Positions 10,121 through 21,446 of a DNA stretch of 64,000 bases are shown here, piece after piece. The position numbers and the translations under genes were made by a program. Location: IMG/VR virus record IMGVR_UViG_3300014004_000001, positions 62,001-126,000 of that record; one strand, given 5' to 3'. Positions within the stretch are counted from its first letter, which is position 1. Each line of letters starts with the position of its first letter. The notes below the pieces were generated by a model, which saw nothing but the letters and a program-made list of their open reading frames with translations, did no database searches and was not told the DNA's origin. The DNA is from an uncultured virus (IMG/VR IMGVR_UViG_3300014004_000001) (taxonomy: Duplodnaviria; Heunggongvirae; Uroviricota; Caudoviricetes).

Positions 10121-12179
10121 AAACTGTATCCTGTAGGTAAACGTTTAAAGGAACATTGCCCATATAGAAAACTTGCGAATGAGAGTTGACCACAGTAATA
10201 GAGTCTTGCATTATTTGTGGGTAAGCCCATATATATTGCTTAAGACCTTCGAACTTGCTATTGTTCAGGACTATGTTCCCGATGATCATTTTCCACAAAT
10301 ATGTGCGATAATTTGAATCAGGATCAAAGCCGTACAACGGTGCTAATGTGGCATCTGGTACGAACCCAGCCAAGTAGTGAATATCTTCGTAAGGGAATCC
10401 CAAAGTCTCGTGCGGTATTGTTACGGCATCATAGGCTTTAATCATCTTACCTTGAAGCAACCAATCATAACATTCAGAACAATAGAAATCGAAAGCTTCT
10501 GGAATGTAGTAATCTTTAGGGAAGTTTACTTTCTCCATTAACCCGTTGCCAATGATCGAAGGTAAGAACGGAAGTAATGTCACTTGAGCGCCTGGGTATG
10601 CAGCGCGTGTATCCGTTGCAAACTTGGTAACTCTCAAACCCAATTTACGAGACAAGAACTCGTAATACTGATCGTATGGGCTTCCTGTTTTATAGTTATC
10701 AATCGTCCCAGCATCTTGTGCAAACAAACCTGTTTCTGTATTGAAAGCCAGTTTTGTCGTATAATCATAAATGCAAGGCAGGTTGGTAGCTGTATTGTAC
10801 CACCACCACGGTTCCCCAATTTGAATAACAACCGGAATGTCGTTAGTTGTGGAAATGGAGGCGATCTTGTTAATTACATTCTGAAGATATTGCATACCCT
10901 CATCAATTGTAGGAGACAACACATAGCTCGGAGGCACATAACCTGTAGCAGCTAAAGCATCGTTCCAATCATGCTGCACCCACTCAACAGGGCAGACTGT
11001 GCTCATCAATTCAAAACTCAAAGAGTTCATAACTGTGTAGCCGGAGGCTTTGGCGATTGCATGGAAGCTGTTCAACCACGCTTCAGTCGCTGGGTTAAGA
11101 AACACGGAAGTGTTTAATTGCCAGCCATCATTGCCATCCCATTCAAATTGATAGTAGTGCGACATTCCGTTGTAATGGTTTATCATACCACGATACCCTA
11201 AAGCATAAGTGTTGGAAATAACACGTTCAGGGGTAAGATTATACATGTCATCGTAAGATGTGCACATACGAATATCGTGCGCTGCTTGTACCAAATTGCT
11301 AACGTCCATCTGACTAAACCCAGTGTCAGGTTCAAGCAAAGTGAATTTCATTGACGACTGCATATTGTTCATCTGAACAATTTCTGTTATGTCTTGGTAG
11401 CGTGTCGTGATCAATGAGAAGAAGAAATTGTCCACCTGTGTGGTGTCCACTTCAATATCATTGTTCGGTCCAGACTTAATATTGCTAAAGTCTAAGCGGA
11501 TATCTGCTGTTTTGCCATCTTCTGATACATTGAAAGCATAATAGCTCAAATCAATGTAGTGAATCGTCTTATCAACCAATGTTAAAGTAATAGTTGGGAC
11601 CAACGGAGCATCATTGAACCCTGGCATGTTTGCACTAAGTTCTAATTTAAACCAGAGCTTCTCTTCACTTAAATCTTGGTGAGGAAGAAAACCTACGCCT
11701 TTATGATCAAAGGTGTCTGTTGTGTGCCAAATAACACCTGCCAAACCTGCTGCTGTACGGTTAACAAAGTACGCCGTAAAGGAATCCCCACTGGAAATTA
11801 TGGAACAACTCTCTGTTGCTTGGGAGTCGATAGTCCAGAACTTAGGAGAGAACATTTTAGCTTTGGTTGAGGTCCATGTAATCGGAGTGGTGTTCTCTTG
11901 TCTCGTCGTAATGACACACTCGATCTTGGTTTCAACCATCGTGTTGTTTTCGCTGATACCAGAAACTTCTAAAAAGAAGTTAATATCTATTGAGTTTTTT
12001 GGTCGTTCGTAAACATCAACCACAATTGTTGCAGAGTCGGCGTTAGCAGGGAACACTAAGGTTCCCGACTTCGCTACATAATCTCTACCGGAGACTGCCG
12101 TTCCATCGACAGTCTTGTAGTTGAACGAACTCACATTTACTCGTTTGTCTCTTGTGACAGTAAATGTTGCCTGTTTCAT
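10113..12179 (-). CDS. Virion protein with Calx-beta domain and TIM-barrel glycoside-hydrolase-like domain
   Basis: [12 protein letters not shown]...SGTLVF Calx-beta motif; [18 protein letters not shown] and SECYDW motifs. Confidence 0.65.
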   Translation of the reverse strand: MKQATFTVTRDKRVNVSSFNYKTVDGTAVSGRDYVAKSGTLVFPANADSATIVVDVYERPKNSIDINFFLEVSGISENNTMVETKIECVITTRQENTTPITWTSTKAKMFSPKFWTIDSQATESCSIISSGDSFTAYFVNRTAAGLAGVIWHTTDTFDHKGVGFLPHQDLSEEKLWFKLELSANMPGFNDAPLVPTITLTLVDKTIHYIDLSYYAFNVSEDGKTADIRLDFSNIKSGPNNDIEVDTTQVDNFFFSLITTRYQDITEIVQMNNMQSSMKFTLLEPDTGFSQMDVSNLVQAAHDIRMCTSYDDMYNLTPERVISNTYALGYRGMINHYNGMSHYYQFEWDGNDGWQLNTSVFLNPATEAWLNSFHAIAKASGYTVMNSLSFELMSTVCPVEWVQHDWNDALAATGYVPPSYVLSPTIDEGMQYLQNVINKIASISTTNDIPVVIQIGEPWWWYNTATNLPCIYDYTTKLAFNTETGLFAQDAGTIDNYKTGSPYDQYYEFLSRKLGLRVTKFATDTRAAYPGAQVTLLPFLPSIIGNGLMEKVNFPKDYYIPEAFDFYCSECYDWLLQGKMIKAYDAVTIPHETLGFPYEDIHYLAGFVPDATLAPLYGFDPDSNYRTYLWKMIIGNIVLNNSKFEGLKQYIWAYPQIMQDSITVVNSHSQVFYMGNVPLNVYLQDTVYA

Positions 12180-12187
12180 TTTGCTCC

Positions 12188-15064
12188 TTATTCAGTGGCA
12201 TCCACGGTTACGTCTTTTATTGTCAAGACGGTAAGCGCCGGAATATTGCTTGAGTCTAAGAGTGGAAGGGCATTTTGCGGATTCAGTTTTTTGTATAAAG
12301 CATATAAACCAAAACCACGTAAAAGTTCCCCAGCGTGGAAGCCAAAGAATACCCCGTTATCTGTGCTTGCTCTTGGTGCAGAACTCCAACATCCATTCAT
12401 GATGTGGTTCGGACCTAAGACAATGTAGTTTTCCTGAATCAGTTCGAAGCAACGATCTGCTACGATTTTAAGATTAGGGATCTCTGTGTCATATCCTGCC
12501 ATACCCATGATAGAACAACCCGCCATAAACAATGCAGACATGTGACTGGTAAAGTCGTCTATAGGAGCAGTTACCTCTCCAGTAGGGTAGAAGATTGTCG
12601 GTGTTCTTCCTTCGTTGTTATCTTGGAACCATTTCAGATAGTTGATCCAGTTCTTACAAACAGCCAAAAGCTTGGTTGGAATATCTTCCCCACGCTGCTT
12701 CAGTTCGTAAACTGTATGACAAGCACAATAGAACGCACGAGCCTCGTATCCATCCCAAGCTTTATCATTCCAGTGATACATGGTGAACTCATTCTTAGTA
12801 CCATACTTCAAAGCATCCCAACGATCCCAGACATAAGCTTGCGCCATAGGACCAGGCATTACAGGAGAGAACTTATTGTAGAACCACATTTGTGAATCGT
12901 ACAAGAAGTCAATACTGTTGTTCAGTCTTGTCCAATCAATATCACGCCCTTGGAAACAATACAGAGACGGATACTGGTAGCCAGGATATGGAATCCCACG
13001 CCACCCATCATACAAAGATGTATTAGGGTCACTAATATTCGAGAACGGAATAATTCCTGGTGTGTAGTTCAGGCTATTCAGTTTGTAGTCAATGATCGTA
13101 CAATCACCAAGTTTAGCAGTGTGCGGGTGTTCAGACTGCACTGTGATCCTGAAATACATCGTGTAATCTTCACCGGAAGCAGAAGAGTAGCGAGAAGGTA
13201 TATCGTTAACACAATAGAAGTCAATGCCGCCTGTCAAACCGTTTGCAGGGTCTGTATCCAGAACCAAGTTAATCTGCTCTACAGCAGAAAGGTCTATAAC
13301 CGTAGGCTTGGGATCTGTATCTGAATGATCTGGTTGCCAAGCTGATAACTGGAAACTTGCTGCGGTTAACGTTTTAGTTGACCAAAGTCCACCAGTTTTC
13401 TCCAGCATTGCCCACCATCTCCACCCATTCGCGTCCGTTATTGTGATATTGAAATCATCAGTATAGGAACGGTAAGTGATAGATTTTAAGTTTGCTGTTT
13501 TAGTTGGTGTCAACCAGAAACCGATTGTTATCCCGCCATCAGCGTCCATGTTTGCAGAAACAATCTGATCGCTATTCGTTCCAGCTATATCTGTTGCATA
13601 TTTGTATTGTACCACAGTATTGGCACCCCAGTCAATGATCATTCGTGGGTCTGCAATAATATATACACCACCATTAGCTGGTTCAGTACGCATGAAGCTG
13701 GACAGAGGAATATCCATTGTCGTCATGTTGGCTGCACCTAAAGGCAGTCCACAACGATATGTAACTGTGTCAGTCTCACTTTTCGTCTTGCTCAACTCCA
13801 ACTCTGGACGGAAAACAATACCCTCCCCTGCATCATCAACACCTTGGAACTGAACACGCAGTTTAGAGCTATCCCCAACACGGAACCAGACAGCCTGTTG
13901 CTCCAGTGTAGTTTGTGCTGCCACGTTCTGACGAATAACAGTGTACCCTAACGAATCCCTGGAGTAAGTTGGGATTGCTGTAGATGGGTAGCTGTAATCA
14001 TAAGAAATGCCGTCTGTGAACGGGATTGTCGCAGTAGTTGACTTACGGAAAAACTTATCGAACATATCAATGTTGGAGTAGTCTTGACAAAGCAGTAATG
14101 AAGACTGCCAACACAACCAATACTTCCTTTCGCCAGTGATCTGGTACATCAGATAGTTCGCATCACACCACCAAGTTTCAGCATCGGAGGCGTTATCTTG
14201 GAAGCCCATCTCTACAGGTACGTTGACTGGGCGGTTATGCCACATCTCGTTACGTCCCATGAGATAACCACCATGCTCTACAGGGTTACATGTTGCATAG
14301 TTGAATTTGTATGATCCGGTGACTGTGGTGTTCTTCAGTTGGACAGTCCCGTATTCAGCGGGAGTGTGCCCTTCTGATAGAATGTTCCCATCCCAGTCCA
14401 CTTTACGTCCCAGCCGATCAATAATCCAATCAACATCCCATTGATCTCCGTATTCACGCCAGTTGGTAGAGCCGTCACTGTTGGTCGCATAAACTGTGGC
14501 ATTAACAGAGTTCCATCCTAAGTTACCGTTGAAAGCAAACCAAGCTTTATCCAAGTATTCTCCCCAGTGTGGAGCACCTTTAGGAATCACGGTACGCCCG
14601 TTTGTCCAAGTCATCAGACTTCCTTTGAAGCCCCCGTGAGTTGGATACCCATCATCCGTTAATGGGTAGTGGGCCAGACGTGGTTCCTTCCCGTTGATGA
14701 TCCAGTTAGGACGATACTTTTGCGGAGGATCGGGGATAGGTTGCCCCCCGAAGAATCCGTCAATGTAGGCTTGCCAATATTTCTTAGCGGAGTCCAGATA
14801 TTTGCTATCTCCGGTGGCTAAGTATGCATAGGCAAAACCTGTGATAAGCACAGATTGACCTTCTGTTGTAGCATCGCCGTTTGGCTGACCTTCCTGTGCT
14901 GTCCAGTTGATAAAGTGACGGTTGTTAGCCAGAATGTTTTGTGGGTTGATCACGTAATGTTGAACCGTAGGATCAATTGTCAACCCAGTATTTCTTTCTA
15001 AGAACTGTACCAATCCGTCGATTAGCTGGAAAGTGTTATCAATATTGTGCTTAATTTGAGACAT
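12188..15064 (-). CDS. Virion protein with GH8-like (alpha/alpha)6 glycosidase domain
   Basis: ATTEGQS and NASDAE resemble GH8/BcsZ TSEGQ and SASDGD motifs; start reassigned to the ATG at 15064, which overlaps the upstream TAA. Confidence 0.65.
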   Translation of the reverse strand: MSQIKHNIDNTFQLIDGLVQFLERNTGLTIDPTVQHYVINPQNILANNRHFINWTAQEGQPNGDATTEGQSVLITGFAYAYLATGDSKYLDSAKKYWQAYIDGFFGGQPIPDPPQKYRPNWIINGKEPRLAHYPLTDDGYPTHGGFKGSLMTWTNGRTVIPKGAPHWGEYLDKAWFAFNGNLGWNSVNATVYATNSDGSTNWREYGDQWDVDWIIDRLGRKVDWDGNILSEGHTPAEYGTVQLKNTTVTGSYKFNYATCNPVEHGGYLMGRNEMWHNRPVNVPVEMGFQDNASDAETWWCDANYLMYQITGERKYWLCWQSSLLLCQDYSNIDMFDKFFRKSTTATIPFTDGISYDYSYPSTAIPTYSRDSLGYTVIRQNVAAQTTLEQQAVWFRVGDSSKLRVQFQGVDDAGEGIVFRPELELSKTKSETDTVTYRCGLPLGAANMTTMDIPLSSFMRTEPANGGVYIIADPRMIIDWGANTVVQYKYATDIAGTNSDQIVSANMDADGGITIGFWLTPTKTANLKSITYRSYTDDFNITITDANGWRWWAMLEKTGGLWSTKTLTAASFQLSAWQPDHSDTDPKPTVIDLSAVEQINLVLDTDPANGLTGGIDFYCVNDIPSRYSSASGEDYTMYFRITVQSEHPHTAKLGDCTIIDYKLNSLNYTPGIIPFSNISDPNTSLYDGWRGIPYPGYQYPSLYCFQGRDIDWTRLNNSIDFLYDSQMWFYNKFSPVMPGPMAQAYVWDRWDALKYGTKNEFTMYHWNDKAWDGYEARAFYCACHTVYELKQRGEDIPTKLLAVCKNWINYLKWFQDNNEGRTPTIFYPTGEVTAPIDDFTSHMSALFMAGCSIMGMAGYDTEIPNLKIVADRCFELIQENYIVLGPNHIMNGCWSSAPRASTDNGVFFGFHAGELLRGFGLYALYKKLNPQNALPLLDSSNIPALTVLTIKDVTVDATE

Positions 15065-15537
15065 TAGATCACTCCCGCCATTACCATACTTCCAATCCAA
15101 GAAGCACCGTTGTCTAAACTGATAAATTCAAAAGTATCGATCGCACCTTGACGATAACTTAAAACAGGTGTGCGCCCAAAACTCCATTTAACCGAGGCTG
15201 GCCATACCACTTTATTTGCCCCGCTACCTTGACGCAAAGCCAGACTAAAGTTTAAAACTGTTGCTGTGGTAACGGGAATGTTTGTAAAGCTGATCGTACA
15301 AGAAGCAGAAGAGAGGGTAGCATAAAAATACTCTGCTGATCCCAAGTCTAAAGCTAAGGTACTGGTGACGGTGCCACGGGTACTTAAACGGTTACGAGTA
15401 ACCCCAGCACCATTCAAAAGAACACGCAGGGACGTTTTCTTGGTTATCCCTGCCTGATCCGTTACAAAAAAATCTGCATCTGAAACAGACGTGGTTTGCA
15501 CCAAGTCTGTAACTTTGATAGTTGTTAAATCTGCCAT
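15064..15537 (-). CDS. Short fibre/adaptor protein
   Basis: LRQGSGANKVVWPASVKW...PVLS...IDTFEF domain, similar to the collagen fibre C-terminus. Confidence 0.6.
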   Translation of the reverse strand: MADLTTIKVTDLVQTTSVSDADFFVTDQAGITKKTSLRVLLNGAGVTRNRLSTRGTVTSTLALDLGSAEYFYATLSSASCTISFTNIPVTTATVLNFSLALRQGSGANKVVWPASVKWSFGRTPVLSYRQGAIDTFEFISLDNGASWIGSMVMAGVI

Positions 15538-15538
15538 C

Positions 15539-16159
15539 TTATACTCCTGTCATAGCCGTAAGGCCGAAGTTATTATTTGTTGAAAGAACTGAACCTGAAT
15601 CGCTAACCATCATACGTTCGACAGCGGTTTCAGTCGCCCACTCATTCCACCAAGTAGAATAGGTATTTTCAGGTAGACCAACAAAGTTAATGAAGCGGTA
15701 CAGACGGTTAGAAGATTCAACAATAGTGTATGCTTCACAAGTGATTGCCGCATTGTCATCGCCAGCTTCTGGATAAATGAATTCTTCAGAAGGTTGGGTG
15801 TTGAAACTCGTTGTTACTGTGTCTGCGCCTACTGTGACAACAACATCCATATTATAATAGCGTTGGTCACGATCGTAATAAGATTTGTAAGAATTGATTG
15901 TGTCAATATAAATATTCTTGGCAATCTCCGCCAGGAAGATTCGGTCCACAATATCTTTCTTTCGTGCTACACCGATAATCTCTTGCAGGTAAGGAACACC
16001 GAACGTGGTGTTAAGGAACCATTCTCCACGATACGTCTTGAGGGTGATTCCTAATGTCTGCGCTGCAATCTCGGTACGAGTGGTTGTCAAAACAAGATCC
16101 CCATCATCCATGATGAGGTCGTTGTCTGATCCCAATTTTAAATCATATGGGATACCCAT
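15539..16159 (-). CDS. Baseplate wedge/sheath initiator (gp25-like)
   Basis: DGDLVL...LKTYRGEWFLNTTFGVPY. Confidence 0.75.
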   Translation of the reverse strand: MGIPYDLKLGSDNDLIMDDGDLVLTTTRTEIAAQTLGITLKTYRGEWFLNTTFGVPYLQEIIGVARKKDIVDRIFLAEIAKNIYIDTINSYKSYYDRDQRYYNMDVVVTVGADTVTTSFNTQPSEEFIYPEAGDDNAAITCEAYTIVESSNRLYRFINFVGLPENTYSTWWNEWATETAVERMMVSDSGSVLSTNNNFGLTAMTGV

Positions 16160-16161
16160 TA

Positions 16162-16896
16162 TTATGCTCCTGAAGGTTTCAAGGATTCCGCACTTGAGCT
16201 TCCGCTCTGAATGTTGCGAACCGTATGGGTGTGGGTATGGAAGCCAATACCATTACCGTCTGTCATCAATCCGTTCTGATCAATCTGTAGTCCGTTAATG
16301 TTTGCAGACGTGCCTTTGAAAGTCATGACACCACCTGTCAAATCCAGGGTGCCGGAACCGTCTGTCATTGTTATTCCAGAAGGAGTAATATCAATCTTCA
16401 TTCCTTGACTATTCCATATAGATATGGTGCCAGAAGGATCGAAAGATGCATATGTGTTTTTGTTATTTGAAATAACCACCTTCTCGGAATCTACTGCTTC
16501 TGTTGAATCGGTGCCTGTGGAAATCTTAGGAATGAAGCAAATCGGATATAAACCGCAAGGCTGCATTAATGTAGTCGTTGTGGCTGCTTCTCCAGAAGTT
16601 TGCATTGCATTCGAAGGATCTCGTTCAGAGAAAATAACAACACCGATATCACCGGATTTAATAGGGAAGGAGATACGCCCTGTACCTCCTCCGTTAACCA
16701 TAAAAGGAACATCGTGGAAGGTTGGATAGTCGATAGAATCTTGTTCTGATCGCGTATTCTTCACAATGGATTCCAGTGTCAGTGTTTTTGCACCGTAGTT
16801 AACACCTGTAACTCGCACTGGTAATGAGGTATGCACCTCTGCCAGTTGTTCTGTCATCATGCCACGCATCGCTGTGACAAAGTTCAAAGCATCCAT
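16162..16896 (-). CDS. Baseplate central spike (phi92 gp138/gpV-like)
   Basis: OB-fold FPIKSGDIGVVIFSERD, beta-helix repeats, C-terminal HTHTH metal-binding tip. Confidence 0.85.
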   Translation of the reverse strand: MDALNFVTAMRGMMTEQLAEVHTSLPVRVTGVNYGAKTLTLESIVKNTRSEQDSIDYPTFHDVPFMVNGGGTGRISFPIKSGDIGVVIFSERDPSNAMQTSGEAATTTTLMQPCGLYPICFIPKISTGTDSTEAVDSEKVVISNNKNTYASFDPSGTISIWNSQGMKIDITPSGITMTDGSGTLDLTGGVMTFKGTSANINGLQIDQNGLMTDGNGIGFHTHTHTVRNIQSGSSSAESLKPSGA

Positions 16897-17909
16897 TATT
16901 TACCTTCCTTCGTCATGATCGCAGATACGGATACGCATTCAACTTCTGTAATCCATTCGCTACCTTCCTTGTCCCCATGATGCGATACTGACACCACTTT
17001 AAATGGACCATCGTAATCACGACTCTTGAGCCAGATAGTTTTTTCAGGTAAGATTGCACCATTCATCTGACATTTGAACTTCACACCGTCTGTAGGTTTC
17101 TTGGCTTTCTTAGAAGCTTTAGTCACCTTCTTGGCAGGTTTGATATCGTTGTGGAATGGTTCTGGGCTTCCTATCAACCCTGTTTCGGGACTGATGTAGG
17201 CACTTCTTGCATTGGACATTTGAGAACGAGGCGTAACATAAACAGATCCATCTTGAATGGACACGTTATGATCAATACTCTTACAAATGTGTTCCAAGTA
17301 ATGTGAAGTATTTCCACACATCGCTGTCGCAGAAGAAAGGGTCTGATCGTTGTCGATATGAATGTTACCTTCTGTTGTCCCAAGATCCTTAACAAGATCT
17401 GCAACAACACGTTTTACTTTCGTCCCTTTAGGGTAGCTACGACTGGTACGGGCTTCAGAGATGTTAATACCTCCATCCAGACAATGGAGAACAGTTTTAC
17501 GATCGACGCTATCAAACGTATCACTTACCCACTGAATTGTACCCTTGAAAATCATAACCAATTCTTGCCCTTCGTATCCAACTGCTAAAGCTACTGCCAG
17601 GTTGTTACGAATGCCTCGGTTGATGTAGTTTACTGTGTCATCTGACAGGTTGTAAACAGTAATCTCCGCTTGGTTAGGATCTTTGTTATTATCTTTCTTG
17701 ATGTTGAAAGTAATTTGATGATGTTCAAGTAGATACAAATTAGAAGAAGATTTTGTAGTGCTTCCCAATTTAGTATCCAAATCTACTGTTGATTTAAAGG
17801 ATGAGTTGCTTGTCCTTTTCTGTACGGTATTCGTTGCCGTACCAATCAATAGTTTATACGCCCTGTTCAGATTGGGAACAGGGGCTTTTGTATATTCTCT
17901 TTCTGCCAT
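16896..17909 (-). CDS. Baseplate hub protein
   Basis: PNQAEITVYNLS, SIQDG and TGLIGSP motifs. Confidence 0.8.
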   Translation of the reverse strand: MAEREYTKAPVPNLNRAYKLLIGTATNTVQKRTSNSSFKSTVDLDTKLGSTTKSSSNLYLLEHHQITFNIKKDNNKDPNQAEITVYNLSDDTVNYINRGIRNNLAVALAVGYEGQELVMIFKGTIQWVSDTFDSVDRKTVLHCLDGGINISEARTSRSYPKGTKVKRVVADLVKDLGTTEGNIHIDNDQTLSSATAMCGNTSHYLEHICKSIDHNVSIQDGSVYVTPRSQMSNARSAYISPETGLIGSPEPFHNDIKPAKKVTKASKKAKKPTDGVKFKCQMNGAILPEKTIWLKSRDYDGPFKVVSVSHHGDKEGSEWITEVECVSVSAIMTKEGK

Positions 17910-17927
17910 ACAATCTCCCCTTAACTA

Positions 17928-18341
17928 TTAAGCTTGGTTCGATAGATTATCTATGTAAACCAAAACAAAACGTTTTTCAATTCCTGTGGTTGTGTAACCA
18001 GGACGACCGTTAATCTTTACCGTATCAATCATGTAGAGTTGTCCATCGGGAACACCTTCGAGATACTTGTACGGCTTCAACAGGTCAAGTCCGTTGGTTA
18101 TCTTAAACGTTACGCTCGGATCGTCTCCTGATAAACCTATAAGGCACTGCCAGGCTTCATCACGAGTGTTCCAACGTAAACGTATATCGTAATCTACACC
18201 ATCCAATGTTACAGTGTAGGTTTGGTCTGGATATTCTTCTGTCTTCAAATACCAAGCAAAGTAATCAGAACGGTCTTCCAAGAAGACAGCCTTATATCCA
18301 GAGTTTGTTGTGCTTCGTGTTGCTTTAGAATAAGTTGCCAC
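17928..18341 (-). CDS. Baseplate protein (hub-associated)
   Basis: TLDGVDYDIRLRWNTRDEAW; GTG start with GGAGG RBS. Confidence 0.65.
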   Translation of the reverse strand: MATYSKATRSTTNSGYKAVFLEDRSDYFAWYLKTEEYPDQTYTVTLDGVDYDIRLRWNTRDEAWQCLIGLSGDDPSVTFKITNGLDLLKPYKYLEGVPDGQLYMIDTVKINGRPGYTTTGIEKRFVLVYIDNLSNQA

Positions 18342-18343
18342 GA

Positions 18344-19051
18344 TTACCCTCCGTTATTCGACGGTGTATTAGTATCTCTTGCAGCATTTTGGTTAATTGG
18401 GTTAGTGATTTTAGCACCCCCAGTTGGAGCCTTGCTTTTAACCTCACCACCAGTGGATTTGTTCGGAGCGGTCTTCACAGCTATTGCGTTAGTTGTTGCA
18501 GTGCTGACCAAACGAATCTGTTCCAATTCTAAGTTAAACTGCATAGCGAATTCTGAACTATATTCATAAGTGTATCCTTTCAGAATCACATTCTCGAAGG
18601 TACGATGTTCTGTCAATAGAACTATCGGTTGACGAGCATCAAAAATCTGATCAAGGTATTCGATTGCTTGGGAAATACGTGTTCCATTAACCCCTGCACT
18701 GTAAAGCTGATCACGCATCAAACGTACAGGCGTTTCTGTAATAACACCCGTCAATTTAAAAGTGTTGTTGTTTATTTTGACGTTATCACTCACTGTACTA
18801 CCTGATTCAACAGGGAAGCTTGTGATATCGGCTGAACGAGTTACTCCAACTTCCGGTGCGGAGTCGAAAGTAATCGCCATAAAATTTTGTATGTATTGAT
18901 CACTTGAGCTATTGTAAACACTGGCTAAGATACAAAAACCGTTATCACCTTTCACCGTGGAGGCGGAGTTATTCGTATTTTGTGTTGAGTTCACCTCTTG
19001 CTCGGATTTGTAGACGGCTCTTACCGACTGTTGTGGAGTCATTGCTGCCAT
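18344..19051 (-). CDS. Tail tube initiator/Dit-like baseplate protein
   Basis: ITSFPVESGSTVSDN motif; start reassigned to the ATG at 19051 (GAGGT RBS). Confidence 0.7.
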   Translation of the reverse strand: MAAMTPQQSVRAVYKSEQEVNSTQNTNNSASTVKGDNGFCILASVYNSSSDQYIQNFMAITFDSAPEVGVTRSADITSFPVESGSTVSDNVKINNNTFKLTGVITETPVRLMRDQLYSAGVNGTRISQAIEYLDQIFDARQPIVLLTEHRTFENVILKGYTYEYSSEFAMQFNLELEQIRLVSTATTNAIAVKTAPNKSTGGEVKSKAPTGGAKITNPINQNAARDTNTPSNNGG

Positions 19052-19110
19052 GATAACCTCATAGTAATGGTAATGCAAAGAGGAAGATGCAAGATCTTCC
19101 CATATTGATT

Positions 19111-19140
19111 ATAATACCACAAATGTCGCCGTTATGTCAA
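19111..19140 (-). promoter_or_regulatory. Sigma70-like promoter for the baseplate operon
   Basis: TTGACA-18-TATTAT with extended -10 TG. Confidence 0.75.
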
Positions 19141-19183
19141 TGTAAAAATATGGGATGAGAGGGGGAGGGGGATTATAGAAATG

Positions 19184-19205
19184 AAAAAGGGGCCGAAGCC
19201 CCTTT
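19184..19205 (-). terminator. Intrinsic terminator
   Basis: AAAGGGGC-TTCG-GCCCCTTTTT; same hairpin at 49556 and 56162. Confidence 0.85.
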
Positions 19206-19206
19206 C

Positions 19207-21162
19207 TTAGTTGCCGCCAGATTGTCCACTTAAAGTAGCTAAAGTTAAACGGTTGAAAACATTGTTACCACTACTCTGAATACGAGCATCCAACATATTA
19301 CCAAACTCCGAAGACGGGTTGATTGTTACGTTGATCAGATCACTCGGAATAGCAATCGTGTTTTCTACAATAGGTTGGTTACGAGCCAGGCTAACGTTTG
19401 GCGTATAAGCTGTTTCACGCAAGTTCTCTAAAGGATTCCCGAAACCGAAAGCATGTGTTCGAGTTTCTTCTCCTCGGAACATTCTTCCAACATCTTGAGT
19501 ATCAATCCCAGTCCACTTATAAAGGAAGTCGGCTACTGGATTGGTATCTCCTGATTGTGTTGCAGCGTACAATTTGTCCGGTATAGTTTTATTAGGATCA
19601 GAATCCGGTCCGAAGACAGATGGTAAGTTTGTCACCAACCATTTATTAATATCTTCTGTGATACCGATAATCTCTGTACCAAACTTAGCGACATTCAGTG
19701 TGGCATTTGCAAACTCCACCCCAAGATTCTTGGCAAAATTGTCCAAAGATTTAACGTTGTCTAACCAAGACTCGTCTTTAGGTATTGCACTCATAAATCC
19801 TTCCAGGAAATAGTTCTGCATCCCTTGACCAACCAAACCTATTGTTGCAGTTAAACGTGTATATTCTTTAGAAGCTTCCATTTGCTCGTTGGTTAATGCA
19901 GCACCAGTACGTTGAAGCATACGGAGGGTTTCTTGGAAACCTTCTCCATTCTTGCTAAACATGCGTTGGTAGTGCATCAAATCGTCGCCCAGGTTTTCTA
20001 ATAAACGACCAATCTGTGCCGAGTTCATGCCACGACGCTCACCTTCGTTCACAGTTGCCTGGATGAAAGCTAACGGATCGTTCTGCATGTGTTTAATTTG
20101 TGAAGGGTTCCAACCGAACATGTTCATGATATCGTTGATACCGTTGTCACCGCCGCGCCATTTCCCTTTCTTCTCGTCCCATTCGGAAGCCATCATCGAG
20201 TTACCTAAACGTTCACGAACGTCTTTAAGGTTATCGATTGACTTGATAATGTTTGCCGAGTCAACACCGTTCTGTTCACCCCAAGCAGTCATTGTCATAA
20301 TGGCGTTGGCGTTTGCCTGAACGTTCTCTGCGCCACGACCTACAAACTTGATACGATCGTTAGCAGTTTGTAATGTATTGCCTACAACAGAGCCACCTGC
20401 AAACAATCCTGCACCAATCATGGAGGAAACCATCATGCGAGGATTAAGGCCCAAAGCACCATCTCGCATTTGGGAATACTTACGTTCCTTATCTCGACGT
20501 TGTTGTGCCAATTCTCGTTTATGGTTACGTTCAATATCGCGCAACTCTTTATCACGCATACGTTGACGTTGCTTGGCTTCTGCTTCCAGTTCTCGACGAA
20601 TCCTACGGCGACCACGAACCTCATCCTCAATATCTTTCGTTTTTTCTCTATGAGATCTGCGAAGGTTATCAAGCTGATGGGCCAGAGTTTGGTTCATACG
20701 TTGAAGAGTGATATCCCCACGTTTGTATGATTCTACAGAGGCATCCATGATTTGTTTTGCTTGGCGCTGTGCATCTATGGAAGCTTTGGTATATTGCATC
20801 CCACGCTTCTCGAAGTTCTCCATGCGAAGGTTGCCTAAATCGTTACGACGAGCTTGGAGTTCGGCTGCGCGTTCTTCTGGTGTTTTCTTACCTGGTTTCG
20901 TTGGACGACCAGGGCCAGATGAGCTTCCGCCACCTTTTGGAGTAGCAGGAGGAGCAGGACGAGCAGGGAAAGTTTGTGCTTTACGCATTTCTCTTTCGAT
21001 CTCTTTCATCTGCTGCCTAAACTTACTCATGTTTAAGGTGGGCTGTATTTTTTCAGCGAACTTTTTAACACTCTCGACAGAATCTTTGGCCTCTTTGAGA
21101 CTGTTCTTGTCCACCTTAAATGTGACTACGTTACTGATTTTAGCCGCGTTTATATCTAACAA
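19207..21162 (-). CDS. Tape measure protein
   Basis: Long helical charged protein downstream of the chaperone pair; TTG start with GAGGA RBS. Confidence 0.8.
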   Translation of the reverse strand: MLDINAAKISNVVTFKVDKNSLKEAKDSVESVKKFAEKIQPTLNMSKFRQQMKEIEREMRKAQTFPARPAPPATPKGGGSSSGPGRPTKPGKKTPEERAAELQARRNDLGNLRMENFEKRGMQYTKASIDAQRQAKQIMDASVESYKRGDITLQRMNQTLAHQLDNLRRSHREKTKDIEDEVRGRRRIRRELEAEAKQRQRMRDKELRDIERNHKRELAQQRRDKERKYSQMRDGALGLNPRMMVSSMIGAGLFAGGSVVGNTLQTANDRIKFVGRGAENVQANANAIMTMTAWGEQNGVDSANIIKSIDNLKDVRERLGNSMMASEWDEKKGKWRGGDNGINDIMNMFGWNPSQIKHMQNDPLAFIQATVNEGERRGMNSAQIGRLLENLGDDLMHYQRMFSKNGEGFQETLRMLQRTGAALTNEQMEASKEYTRLTATIGLVGQGMQNYFLEGFMSAIPKDESWLDNVKSLDNFAKNLGVEFANATLNVAKFGTEIIGITEDINKWLVTNLPSVFGPDSDPNKTIPDKLYAATQSGDTNPVADFLYKWTGIDTQDVGRMFRGEETRTHAFGFGNPLENLRETAYTPNVSLARNQPIVENTIAIPSDLINVTINPSSEFGNMLDARIQSSGNNVFNRLTLATLSGQSGGN

Positions 21163-21177
21163 AGTATTTTCCTCATG

Positions 21178-21426
21178 TTAGTGGATCATTTTCTTAAACA
21201 TGTCTTGCATTTGAGAAGCGTTCTCTTGTTGCTTTCTCTTTATTGAAGTGTCTTTGCTGTACAGAGCTTCGATATAATCCTCATAGGTGAGGTACTCGTA
21301 CATTCCTAATAGATAATCCACCCCGTACTGATCCAGGGTGGAGCGTGTTTCCGAGGTATTCTTCACAACCTTGCAGAGAATGATCTCATACCACTTCAAC
21401 GTAAGAGTCTTCTCTGCGGTTTCCAT
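21178..21426 (-). CDS. Tail assembly chaperone, frameshift extension (gpT-like)
   Basis: In frame with the -1 product of the slippery site at 21513-21519. Confidence 0.75.
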   Translation of the reverse strand: METAEKTLTLKWYEIILCKVVKNTSETRSTLDQYGVDYLLGMYEYLTYEDYIEALYSKDTSIKRKQQENASQMQDMFKKMIH

Positions 21427-21446
21427 CGCGTGACGAATGGCTGGAC

